Part shown: one piece after another, positions 1-22,118 of the stretch | Layout: each line of letters opens with the position of its first letter | Position numbering within the stretch: the first letter of the stretch is position 1 | Assembly (NCBI GenBank): GCA_002269645.1 | Contig: NIVC01000831.1 | Location: 1-64,000 of the forward strand | Source: Macrostomum lignano | Taxonomy: Eukaryota | Direction: 5' to 3' | DNA length: 64,000 bases | The notes under the pieces: generated by a model | Told to the model about the DNA's origin: nothing | The model's input: only the letters and a program-made list of their open reading frames with translations | The model's database searches: none | Position numbers and translations under genes: made by a program

Positions 1-224
1 CGAATCCTTTGTCCGTTAGAAGGCTTGCATTCGCAATTGAGCTCTTGTTGTTATTGGCTTGAGTTTGATCAAATAAACTTGGCATTTTGCCAGCCTCTTG
101 ACAGCTGGCGGGGTCCACCATCACCGCTTTATCTATAGTTATTAGCTATTTAGTTTGCAGTTGCTAAGTAGTCCTTCTTCGCAGGGCTTAGCAATAATTA
201 AGCTTTGCCATAGACAAACATTTT

Positions 225-1115
225 GAATTGCCACGCTCAATCTACCCACAGGTGTGTTAACCTACCCACAGGTGTCTTAATCTACCCTCAGGTGTCTCAA
301 TCTACCCACAGGCGTCTCAATCTACCCACAGGTGTCTCAACCTACCCACAGGTGTCTCAATCTATCCACAGGTGTCTCAATCTACCCACAGGTGTCTCAA
401 TCTACCCACAGGTGTCTCAATCTACCCACAGGTGTCTCAATCTATCCACAGGTGTCTCAATCTACCCACAGGTGTCTCAATCTACCCACAGGTGTCTCAA
501 CCTACCCACAGGTGTCTCAATCTACCCACAGGTGTCTCAATCTACCCACAGGTGTGTTAATCTACCCAAAGGTGTCTTAATCTAACCTCAGGTGTCTTAA
601 TCTAAGCTCAGGTGTCTCAATCTACCCACAGGTGTGTTAATCTACCCACAGGTGTCTTAATCTAAGCTCAGGTGTCTTAATCTAAACCTCAGGTGTCTCA
701 ATCTACCCACAGGTGTCTCAATCTACCCACAGGTGTCTCAATCTACCCACAGGTGTCTCAATCTATCCACAGGTGTCTCAAATCTACCCACAGGTGTCTC
801 AATCTACCCACAGGTGTCTCAACCTACCCACAGGTGTCTCAATCTACCCACAGGTGTCTCAATCTACCCACAGGTGTGTTAATCTACCAAAGGTGTCTTA
901 ATCTAACCTCAGGTGTCTTAATCTAACCTCAGGTGTCTCAATCTACCCAAAGGTGTCTTAATCTAACCTCAGGTGTCTTAATCTAACCTCAGGTGTCTCA
1001 ATCTACCCTCAGGTGTCCCACTCCACCCCAGGTGTCCCACTCTACCCCCAGGTGTCCCACTCTACCCCCAGGTGTCCCACTCTACCCCCAGGTGTCCCAC
1101 TCTACCCCAGGTGTC
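225..1115. repeat. 20-bp minisatellite (tctcaatctacccacaggtg)n
   Basis: Direct tandem array; the ORF translations repeat every 20 aa (3 x 20 nt). Boundaries approximate. Confidence 0.95.
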
Positions 1116-1283
1116 CCCCTAGGGCATTCTATCCCAGCTGACGAAACCCTCTATCCCAGTTAAATTTTGCATCAAAAGCAAGAGTACCACAAACTTACTT
1201 AGCTGTCACATTTTGTCAGCCAGCCGCCCATATACAGTGCAAAATCGGTAGTACCATCCACTGGCTGCCTGCGACTCTAACTA

Positions 1284-2630
1284 CGAGGTTGTATTCAAAA
1301 AGTTCTTTTCGGTCCTTTGGCATTTATTTTTAAAAAGCCTTGTAAACAGAATTTTAGCGATTTCACCAAGTTATGTCTATGGCCTAAACGTTCCTAGGGT
1401 TTTAAGTCTCAGTTTGCAACTATGTTAGAGCAGCGAACATTTCTATCAGCTACCACTCAATTTCTTGGCCATGGCTGAATCATTTTCAAAGCAAGACGTT
1501 CGAAGCTTGATGAAGTTTCAGTTTCTGCAAGGAAAAAAGCCACCGGATATGTTTAGGGAGCTTCAGCAAGTGCTTGGCAAATGTGCACCAACTGAGCAGA
1601 CAGTTCGAAAATGGTACCGGCTGTTCGCTGAGGGAAGAGAGAGCGTTGAGGACAATGATCGCTCTGGAAGGCCGATGACTGCAACCAACGAGACTGTCGT
1701 GAAGAAAGTGCAAGAGCTCCTGGATGATGATCGGCGACGGACTTGCGAAGAGTTGGCAGAAGACGTTGGTGTGTCAGTAGGAAGCGTCCACACCATTCTG
1801 ACGGAGCGTCTTCACCTGCAGAAAAAGTTTTGCAAGTGGGTGCCACACCTGCTGACAGGTGAGCAAAAGATGCAGCGAACTGTGGCTTCAAGCAGCCACC
1901 TGCGTCGGTTCCATCGAGAAGGGGAGGATTTTCTATCAAGAATTGTAGCTGGAGACGAGACGTGGGTTTACAGCTGGGATCCTGAGACAAAGGCCCAGTC
2001 TGCCGAATGGCTTCCAGCACATTCTCCAAGACCTCAGAAGGCCATCAGGAAGCAGGGCGCGATGAAGATCATGCACGTCATGTTTTTTGATTCCCAAGGA
2101 ATCCTGCTGAACTGGGCAGTCCCACAAGGAACCACCGTCAATGGGGACTACTACAGGTGGATTCTGCAGGAGAAGCTGCGCCCAGCAATACGAAAGAAGC
2201 GCCCTGATCTGCTGGAATCTGGCGTGATCCTGCTGCACGACAATGCGCCAGCACATCGCAAGCACAACGTCGTGGAACTCCTGAGCAAATGGGGATGGGA
2301 AGTGCTCCAACATCCAGCCTATTCGCCTGATTTGTCGCCGTGCGACTTCTTCTTATTTCCATCTGTGAAGAAGCACCTTCGGGGCATTCGATTCGACAGC
2401 GTCGAGCACATCGAGGCTGCATGCAATCAAGCTGTTCGCCAAACGGACGCGAGTGGTGTGAGTTCCGGAATCAGAGGCCTGGTAAATCGCTGGCAGAAGT
2501 GCAAAGACATTGGCGGTGAATATGTTGAGTGACCGAATCATGTTAAGCAATCTAACAGTGTTTTCATAGTTCCAGTTGTTTTGTGTTCAGTTTTGTAGGG
2601 CACCGAAAAGAACTTTTTGAATACACCTCG
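1284..2630 (+). mobile_element. Full-length mariner (DD34D) DNA transposon
   Basis: TIRs cgaggttgtattcaaaaagttcttttcggt (1284-1313) and accgaaaagaactttttgaatacacctcg (2602-2630), identical except a 1-nt indel; TA duplications at 1282-1283 and 2631-2632; encloses an intact transposase ORF. Confidence 0.96.
1465..2532 (+). CDS. Mariner transposase, 355 aa, intact
   Basis: WVPHLL motif, GDETW / HDNA / YSPDLSPCD catalytic triad with 34 residues between the second and third Asp; N-terminal HTH-like region. Confidence 0.95.
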   Translation: MAMAESFSKQDVRSLMKFQFLQGKKPPDMFRELQQVLGKCAPTEQTVRKWYRLFAEGRESVEDNDRSGRPMTATNETVVKKVQELLDDDRRRTCEELAEDVGVSVGSVHTILTERLHLQKKFCKWVPHLLTGEQKMQRTVASSSHLRRFHREGEDFLSRIVAGDETWVYSWDPETKAQSAEWLPAHSPRPQKAIRKQGAMKIMHVMFFDSQGILLNWAVPQGTTVNGDYYRWILQEKLRPAIRKKRPDLLESGVILLHDNAPAHRKHNVVELLSKWGWEVLQHPAYSPDLSPCDFFLFPSVKKHLRGIRFDSVEHIEAACNQAVRQTDASGVSSGIRGLVNRWQKCKDIGGEYVE

Positions 2631-3206
2631 TAACATCAATTTTAGCTGGAGCGCACATGCAATCTGCAGTCACAGTTTGGTTCTATGCAGTCCCAGTTGT
2701 ACTATTGCACTGTGATCGATATGGGAGTGCTGGCATGTCTTGCGCTGCTACCACTACCACAGTCCACAGCTAAATGTCAATCCATAGAATTTATGGGACG
2801 AAAAATATTGCAGTGTTGCGAAGCTGTACAACTATCGTACAGAGAGAAAACATACATTAGCAGAAACTATTTTGCATTTGTTCTTCAACAAGTGTTCCTC
2901 TATAGATTATTGTGAATTTTTCAACTGGCTGACATTCTACATGATAATAATTGTGGGCATTTGGTAAATTAGATTTGCATATAGAGATACATTATAAAGT
3001 CGTTATAATGTACATTATTATATATTATTAGTCTACCTAAAGTAGATATACGTGTGTATAGAAGTAGAGTTTTATCGCAAAATCGTCCATTTTTTAAACA
3101 ATTAAAACAAAGTGAGAGAAATTTGAATTTAAAGCAAACAAATTAAGTTATAACAAAAAATATATTCTATTCTATTACATTATATTATAATATCATATTA
3201 TATTCC

Positions 3207-3466
3207 ATGCTATTCTATTCTATTCTATTCTATTCTATTCTATTCTATTCTATTCTATTCTATTCTATTCTATTCTATTCTATTCTATTCTATTCTATTC
3301 TATTCTATTCTATTCTATTCTATTCTATTCTATTCTATTCTATTCTATTCTATTCTATTCTATTCTATTCTATTCTATTCTATTCTATTCTATTCTATTT
3401 TATTTTATTCTATTCTGTTCTATTCTATTCTATTCTATTCTATTCTATTCTATTCTATTCTATTCT
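3207..3466. repeat. (TATTC)n microsatellite
   Basis: Near-perfect pentanucleotide run just downstream of the tektin stop codon. Confidence 0.97.
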
Positions 3467-3494
3467 ACTGTCATGTCTCTTGCCCAGCGTCTCA

Positions 3495-14613
<11,119 letters not shown>

Positions 14614-15139
14614 ATTGATGAAGCTGTGAACTTCTGTCAGATATTCTAGTATTCTGAATATTCTGACGCTGTGTTTAATTTGCTATTGAGCTGACAGAGA
14701 TAGAGCGTGAAGCACGGAGTGAGAGAGAGATAAAGTGAAGTGAGAAGCTGAGGCGGGAGTTGGTATATTAGACCAGTTACTTGCTTGAGTCCGACCAACT
14801 CTCAACCCACCCCCCCCCTTCCCCGGTCTTTCAGGTAAATTGTTGTGCGCTGCGTGTCATGGCTTAACAATGGCAGATTGCATTTAGTGGTATCTCATCT
14901 TCAAACGAACTCGAATTATATTTAGAAGCTGAGGCTTGTTTGTCTGTTATAATAAGAATCCCTATCTCTGTACCTGGGTGAACGGCCAGCACTTTCTGAG
15001 CCTGCATAGTGCACATGCACACTTGCCTTGTCTGAGTGGTTCTCAGTTTCAGTAGGTCTAACATGTGCCCCAACAGTTAATGGAATTGGCTGTTGACCAT
15101 GCACTGGGCAACCGCGCGACGGAAGTGCTTTAGTAAGAC

Positions 15140-15408
<269 letters not shown>

Positions 15409-15610
15409 CAGTTTGTTTGAGTAGTCCCTGGTTTAGGATAGGGTTTACGATAGAGTTCAGGATAGGGTTTAGAATTGGGTCTAGGATAGGGTTTAAGATC
15501 CTTCTTAAACTTTATCCTAAACCTTTATCCTTCTTTTTCGAAGGATGCCTTCAAACCTTTTACATGTGGACCTTTTGACTTTTACGAAGGTATTTCGGAA
15601 TATCTGTGAC

Positions 15611-15654
<44 letters not shown>

Positions 15655-17125
15655 GTTACGCCCCACGCCAGCCACAGAAGTGGCCAAAAGGGGGGAGCGT
15701 CAAATCGCGCGTTTCAGAGCTAGGTCTCTAATGTGCTTCACACCGGCCGCCTGGCTGGGTGCTCGCGCATCTTCAAAAAGGCGGTCGACGTAGCGGGCTG
15801 ATCGTCCCTGGCCACGCCTGCGCGGTCCCTGCGGGGTCCACAGCAGGACGTCCTGCAGCGGCTCTGGGCAGTAGGCTTCGGCCCGGATGACATGTCCGGC
15901 CAGCCGCAGGCGCCGCTGACTCAGCAGGGCAGAAGGCCGCGTCAGGCCTGTGCGCTTGTACAGGGACTCGGTTGTCTCGCTGCCAGGGCCGCGGCGGGCG
16001 CCGAAAGCGGCGCGGACTAGGGCCGCATGTGCCGCGTCGAGCTGCGCCTCAAGCGCCCCGGTCAGCGTCCAGGTCTCAGCATTGTGCAGCAGGGCGGTTT
16101 CAACAACCGCCTGGAACAGCTGGGACCTGGCGCCGTCGGACAGGGCCTCGGAGAGCAGCACCGCCAGCACAGATCGGAAGGCAGCCCAGGCCTTGCCGCG
16201 CCGTCTCGCTAGGTCGTCGCCGACGTCCGGCACCAGTCCGCCGAGGTAGACGAACTGAAGGCACTTCGGGAGCGCCGTCCCGGGGCCGTTGCCGTCTCGA
16301 AGTCGAATCTCGGCGGGTAGATCATGCGCAGCAACTTTGCGTACACCTTTGCGACTGCCCTGGGATCCGCGCAGGCGCCAGACTACGCCACCATCAGCTC
16401 AGCCATCACCACTGCCGCTGCTAAAACTCTGCCGCTAATGGAGCCCGCGTCACGGCAACTTCCGGTTTGGACGAGCGACCCGGAGGTCCGAGAGGCCGAG
16501 CAGCTGCGACGAGCCGGGCGACCGACATCCGATGCCGAGAAAGCCCTGGCAGACGCCTACGCTAGTCGACAGCAAGCCGCTGTTGACGACGCAATCAGGG
16601 CGGTCGCCTCCGTTGGGCCTGAACGGCAGAACAGGGTCGTCTGGCCGGTCGTGAACGCCCTAACCGGTCGCAAAAAGAAGACGGCGCTCAACCTGGCTGG
16701 CGACACGGCAAAGAGCGCAGAAACGAGCTGCGCACCTTCTTCGCCGCCATTGTCAACGCGCCGCCGCCGACTCTGCCGAACGAGATGCTGCTGCCCCCGA
16801 GGTGGCGCTGCCGCGGCAGGAGGACTTCGACACCCGTCCTGTGACCAGCACCGACGTCGTGGAATTCGCCCGCAGGGCTCCGGGAGGCCGCGCCCCCGGC
16901 CCGGACGAGGTCCCCGTCGAGGCGCTGCGAGTCACAAGGGTTGCCACTGAGGTGGCCCGCGTGATGAACGGCGTCCTGGCGGGAGGCCCCGCGCCCCGCG
17001 AATGGACCCACGCCAACATCGTCGGCATCCCGAAGAAGCCGGGCACTACACGGAAGGAGGAGCATCGTGGAATCTCGCTCATGTCCTGTACCGCGAAGCT
17101 GTTCAACCGGGTACTACTAGCAGAT
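15611..17125. mobile_element. RTE-like non-LTR retrotransposon relic: 3' part on minus strand with (ATT)n tail, 5' RT-proximal part inverted on plus strand
   Basis: Minus about 16330-15700 encodes FVYLGG...LRLAGHVIR (end of RT and C-terminus), followed by a short UTR and (ATT)n tail at 15654-15611. Plus about 16330-17125 encodes, with frameshifts, APGPDEVP...IVGIPKKPG...RGISLMSCTAKLFNRVL (RT N-terminal domains). Confidence 0.85.
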
Positions 17126-17299
17126 TTATCGGCTGAAGCTGAGGAAAACTTTCTCGCTTAGTGCACAGTGCACAGTAAGTAGAGGGTGCAGAGTTTGAGC
17201 TAACTTTGAGCAGACACAGACGGTAGTGAGGTGCTATAAGAGACGGGGGAGGGGAGATTGGGGAAGAGCAAGCAGTATGAAAGGGTAAGGACTGTATGA

Positions 17300-17657
17300 A
17301 GGGGGGCCGTAGCTCAGCGGTAGCGCAGCTGCTCTGGTGTGCCAGCGACCCAGGCTCGATTCCAAGTGCAGTCACATTAATTTGGGGCTGAATTGGAATT
17401 TCGGCTTGGCTCGCTTGTGCAATTAACGGCCTTGAGAGCCAACCCCCCAAGGCGCAGTGAAGTGTACATGCCTAACAATTGATAAAGTTAGGGCCGCTGT
17501 ACACTCCTGTGTGAGTGTGTGCCTGCGTAACGTATCCGCGCGCTTGTATGCCTGCTCAGGGGAGTCGGCGGAATGGGCAGTAATGCCTCTCGCCGGTTGT
17601 GTGCCTATGTCGCCTAAAGTGCGCCAGGGTGCACACAACCCCCCTGCCTCTAATAAA
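17300..17657 (+). mobile_element. tRNA-derived SINE with 13-bp target-site duplication
   Basis: Head gggccgtagctcagcggtag (A box) and ggctcgattcc (B box); A-rich 3' end taataaaa; direct repeat aaggactgtatga at 17287-17299 and 17658-17670. Confidence 0.8.
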
Positions 17658-18504
17658 AAGGACTGTATGAGAAAGGGGAGAAGGGGACCCCCCAGCGGCA
17701 TTGGACTACACAAGTGCACCCAGCCCTTCTTTTTTTAATCTGGTCTTTCACTGCACCCCGTTGGCCACGGTGTGGACGTGGAGACCTCTGTACTGTCTGT
17801 AAGAGAGAGTGGACTCGACTTGAGAATTGGCCCTCTGCTTGGATAGAGCTGATGGAGGTTGGGGTGGATTGCTGAGTTTTGGAACCAATTGGGGCGTGGC
17901 TTCTGCCCAATTCCTGTCCTTCCTGTCTTGTCCCGTTTCGGGGGCATAAATTCTTTGCTTTGGGGTGTGGCATGTTTCTTGTTTTTCTTGCTTCTCTTGA
18001 TTTCTTCTGAGTTTTACTCGTGGCTCGAAGACTACTATTGCAACTTTCTATTTTCCTCGTTTTCATTTTTACAAATCAAATCAAAGAAAGGTAAGATTTG
18101 ACTTTTATAGTTTTGTAGTTTTAAAATTGTAGTTTTAACCTTAATTTTAAGTGTACGTTTGTTTTTATGTGTTTTTTGCGTTTCTACGTAAGTTTTTTAC
18201 ACTTGGCAAAATGTAAAAGTTTTCACCACAAAACCTGTTTATGAGGATCATAACTCAAAACTGAGACTGACAGCTTTAATCCAACTCTAGCCATAAGCCC
18301 TTAACCCTTCACTGGATCTCTCCTCACAAAGCCTAAGTCAGGGTCAATTGTTGCGACGCAAATTGCATCGCTTCACTGTTGAGATCTGAGAGAACAGTTG
18401 TTGACCACTGGTTTTAGGGTGCAAAGCCAATAATTCTACATGTACATGTACATGACTAAATTCTCCTACATGTACATTATTTTCAGAATCGGTGTTGGCA
18501 GCGA

Positions 18505-19160
18505 TCATTTTTGCGCCTCAGGCACTCATTTTACCGCCACAGGCACTCATTTTAGCGCCACGGGCACTCATTTTAGCGCCACAGGCACTCATTTTAGCGC
18601 CACAGGCACTCCTTTTAGCGCCACAGGCACTCATTTTAGCGCCACAGGCACTCCTTTTAGCGCCACAGGCACTCATTTTAGCGCCACAGGCACTCATTTT
18701 AGCGCCACAGGCACTCCTTTTAGCGCCACAGGCACTCATTTTAGCGCCACAGGCACTCATTTTAGCGCCACAGGCACTCATTTTAGCGCCACAGGCACTC
18801 ATTTTAGCGCCACGGGCACTCATTTTAGCGCCACAGGCACTCATTTTAGCGCCACAGGCACTCATTTTAGCGCCACAGGCACTCATTTTAGCGCCACAGG
18901 CACTCCTTTTAGCGCCACAGGCACTCCTTTTAGCGCCACAGGCACTCCTTTTAGCGCCACAGGTACTCATTTTAGCGCCACCGGCACTCATTTTAGCGCC
19001 ACAGGCACTCATTTTAGCGCCACCGGCACTCATTTTAGCGCCACAGGCACTCATTTTAGCGCCACAGGCACTCATTTTAGCGCCACAGGCACTCATTTTA
19101 GCGCCACAGGCACTCATTTTAGCGCCACAGGCACTCATTTTAGCGCCACCGGCACCATTT
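18505..19160. repeat. 21-bp minisatellite (tttagcgccacaggcactcat)n
   Basis: Direct tandem array; 7-aa periodic spurious ORFs on both strands. Confidence 0.95.
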
Positions 19161-20379
19161 TGGCAAAAATATTTATTTCCAGAACACTGAGAACAGGTCA
19201 GCAAAGGTGGGGTGGGGGACGACAAAGCATTGGGGGGGGGGCATGCCCCTGTCCTCCCCGGTGGCGACGCCCCTATGCTGCCGAGTGTGTCGTTTCTATT
19301 GTTTATACTGCGCTAATAATTGTCTGGCGGTTTTTAAACTCTGGGTCTCAATAACTATGTGCTTGTAATATCATGTTACAGTGTTCGATGTAATGTACAT
19401 TTCATACATATATTACAAAAAACGGATACAAGCTATGTATGTCGGTCATGTCTGAGTTATGTCAATGATGAGAATCAGATAGGATTAGAGGAAGCACATG
19501 GGGAAAAAACAACTAGAGAAGCTAAGGCAATGACTGACTCGCATAATTTCCCTTTGCCTGGCTCTCGACTCGATATTCATCTCATCATCCTTCCTCAGTG
19601 TCTTTTCCCTCTCTCTCCTCTCGCCTGCCTGCCTTCACCCTTCAGTCACAGTCACAGTCGAAACATTAACTACGAGCTTACTTCCGTATAGTAGGGCCAA
19701 ATTAGCCCTGCCTCCACATTCTTAACGTCAATTTCGGTGAAAAGAAGACTGAAAGTATAGATATTCAATACATAACATATTAGTATTAGTACATATAGTG
19801 TATCTCAAATAATTACCCAGGGGGAGAACGGTAGCGAGGCCCCGACCTGCAAGTTGCAGGCTTGCATTGCAAGCACTGCGCGCAGCTGCGACTCAACTTC
19901 TCAAGAAAAGCTGAGCACACACCATGCAGTCTACATTAATACTGCATCTCCATACCATCGATTTGAGAATGGAGTGACGGGGTAAGAAAGCCCAAGAAGT
20001 GCGCCAAATAAGCCCATTAAACAGGCACAGCTGGAAACAGACAGTGAAACAAACACTAATAGTACATACAATCTATAATAAAAGCAGTCTGTGTTCGTCT
20101 GCTCAGTTTTAGTCTAGTTTAACTCAGACAATCCAGGCCACACACATTTGGGCCAAATCAAGTGTACATTCATTTAGAGGCTGATGGACAGTGTGCCGTT
20201 TTTGCATTTCGTCGCCACTCATCCCATTGGCATTTATAGTTGGCCCAACTCACTGCTGTACATCCAGCAAATGTACATCCAGCCCATAAAATCAAACCCC
20301 AACACCCACACACCCCAGTCTGGGTTAAACGGGGGAGAGAAGGACAAGTTTAGTCAAGGGAAAGAGAATTGGGGGAGCG

Positions 20380-20570
20380 GGTGGAACTGGATGGACGAAA
20401 GAAGGGTGTGCGCGCGCAATGAATGAATGAGAGATTTAGCAGCCCCCCCCCCTGCTGCGCCGCTTTGGGGGATTGGAGTTGGAGCGTGCCTCCCTGCGCC
20501 ATATGCGAAACATTCACCGCCTTTAAAGCGGAAAGACCCCCCATCCACAACTTAATATATAAGTAGGCCG
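20380..20570 (+). promoter_or_regulatory. Possible promoter region upstream of the arginine kinase gene
   Basis: GC-rich island with a TATA-like tatataag at 20556-20563 and a candidate donor near 20925; no transcript evidence. Confidence 0.25.
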
Positions 20571-22118
20571 CGGGCCAGTTAAAGCTTGTTTAGATTTGCT
20601 ATTAAGATAATTAGCGAACCGTTACTTGGCATTTGACTTTGCATTCGTCTCGGCGGAAAACATAACTTCTAACACTCCTTTACCCCAAGCCCAACCCTGC
20701 CTTGATTCCTGGCGCAACTATCGATAAGCTTTTATTACTCTGGACTACGAGGCTTAGCTTTCTGCAGCTAAATTCCGAGAGAATTTCAATAGTTTATTAC
20801 TTGCCTTGCTGTTTATCGCATAAGTTATTAATAAGTCAAGTCGTTAGATTTACTCCGGTCGACTTGACTTACTCAACTGATTTGATTAATAAAAATCCTC
20901 GGTTTTTATGTATTCTACATTCAAGTAAGTTTCTCTGCATCGGCTTCTACGACCTATATATTAAACTGCGCTTTGTTCAAGCTGTTCTAAAGTATTAGTA
21001 ATATTTAAAATAAATGTAGGTGACGTTAGTTTAGTTACTTGATGGTTGATAGTACAGTGTCGCCGCAAGAAGGGGGATCGTTTTAAATAGAACACGACAG
21101 AACCTATACAAGGTAGACTTCTTCAAGCAATACAACTACAAGATTGCCGCTGGAGTTGTTATGTTAGAAAAAATATATATCTTGTTAGAGCTAACTTTAT
21201 TATAACTGCACTGCACTCTAATTTTAGTCCATTAGTCCAACGCTCTGACTTTCTCCCGACTCCTTAAGTATTTCTTTATTATTTATCTAAAAAGCAATTA
21301 GATTAATTATCTAAAAAGCATTCCTCAGTCAATCTAAATATACTAAATCTCTAATATTTGTATGCTTGTCCATAACGCTCTAGAGATCGCAATTCTCGAC
21401 CGATTTTGATCGCGTTTTCGCCAAAATTTGAATACTAAAGTCCAAATTCCAAACTTTTCTGTCCGATTCAGAATCTATTTAAATAAAAAGTCTTGACGTC
21501 AATGAATAAGTATTACAGTTCTCCTATCAAGTTTCTATATATATAGCTAAATTCTGTACACGCTACTCTCAGTAGCTTCAATAGGAAAGTTTTCTATTTT
21601 AAACGATATTTTACCGGAGTGTAGATTGTAGAAACAAGTCGCTTTAGCCTCAAAGCAAGACAAGAAGGAGAAAAAAGAAGTTAGCAACGGCAGTTGGTGG
21701 GGGGTGGTATTAGAAGAGGCTGAGACAGGACTGGAAGGTTCCATTGTGGACAATGTACTGACTATACACTTCTGCGCAGTTGAGCTAGAAGAATATTCCA
21801 GAAGCAAAAAATTGCACACAATGTTCTCCTTCGCAACAACTAGCCTCCCCTCCTCCGGCCACCCACCCACCTCCGCAGCTGAGCCAATACCTGCCGATAT
21901 TATAAGAGCCAGCGCACAGTGAGCCGCTGCCCCCATCGATAAACACCCCCCGCAAAAGCATTAACCCTGTCATGCTAACAGTCCTGTCATTGGCAGCAAG
22001 TGTCAGCAGACAGTTAAATACAGTTGGCCGGTTAACTAGTACAACAGCATCTGCGTCAGCAGCAGCAGCAGCTCACCAAAACTCTTCTAAAAGCAAATTT
22101 TCAACTACTAGCGGAAAT

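Noticed and set aside
15430-15500. Telomere-like ggtttaggatagggttt repeats
   Set aside because: Only about four degenerate ~18-bp units with no true TTAGGG tandem run.
17302-17374. Functional tRNA genes at 17302-17374 and 24143-24205
   Set aside because: A and B boxes are present, but I could not fold a proper acceptor or anticodon stem, and both continue into SINE-like bodies.
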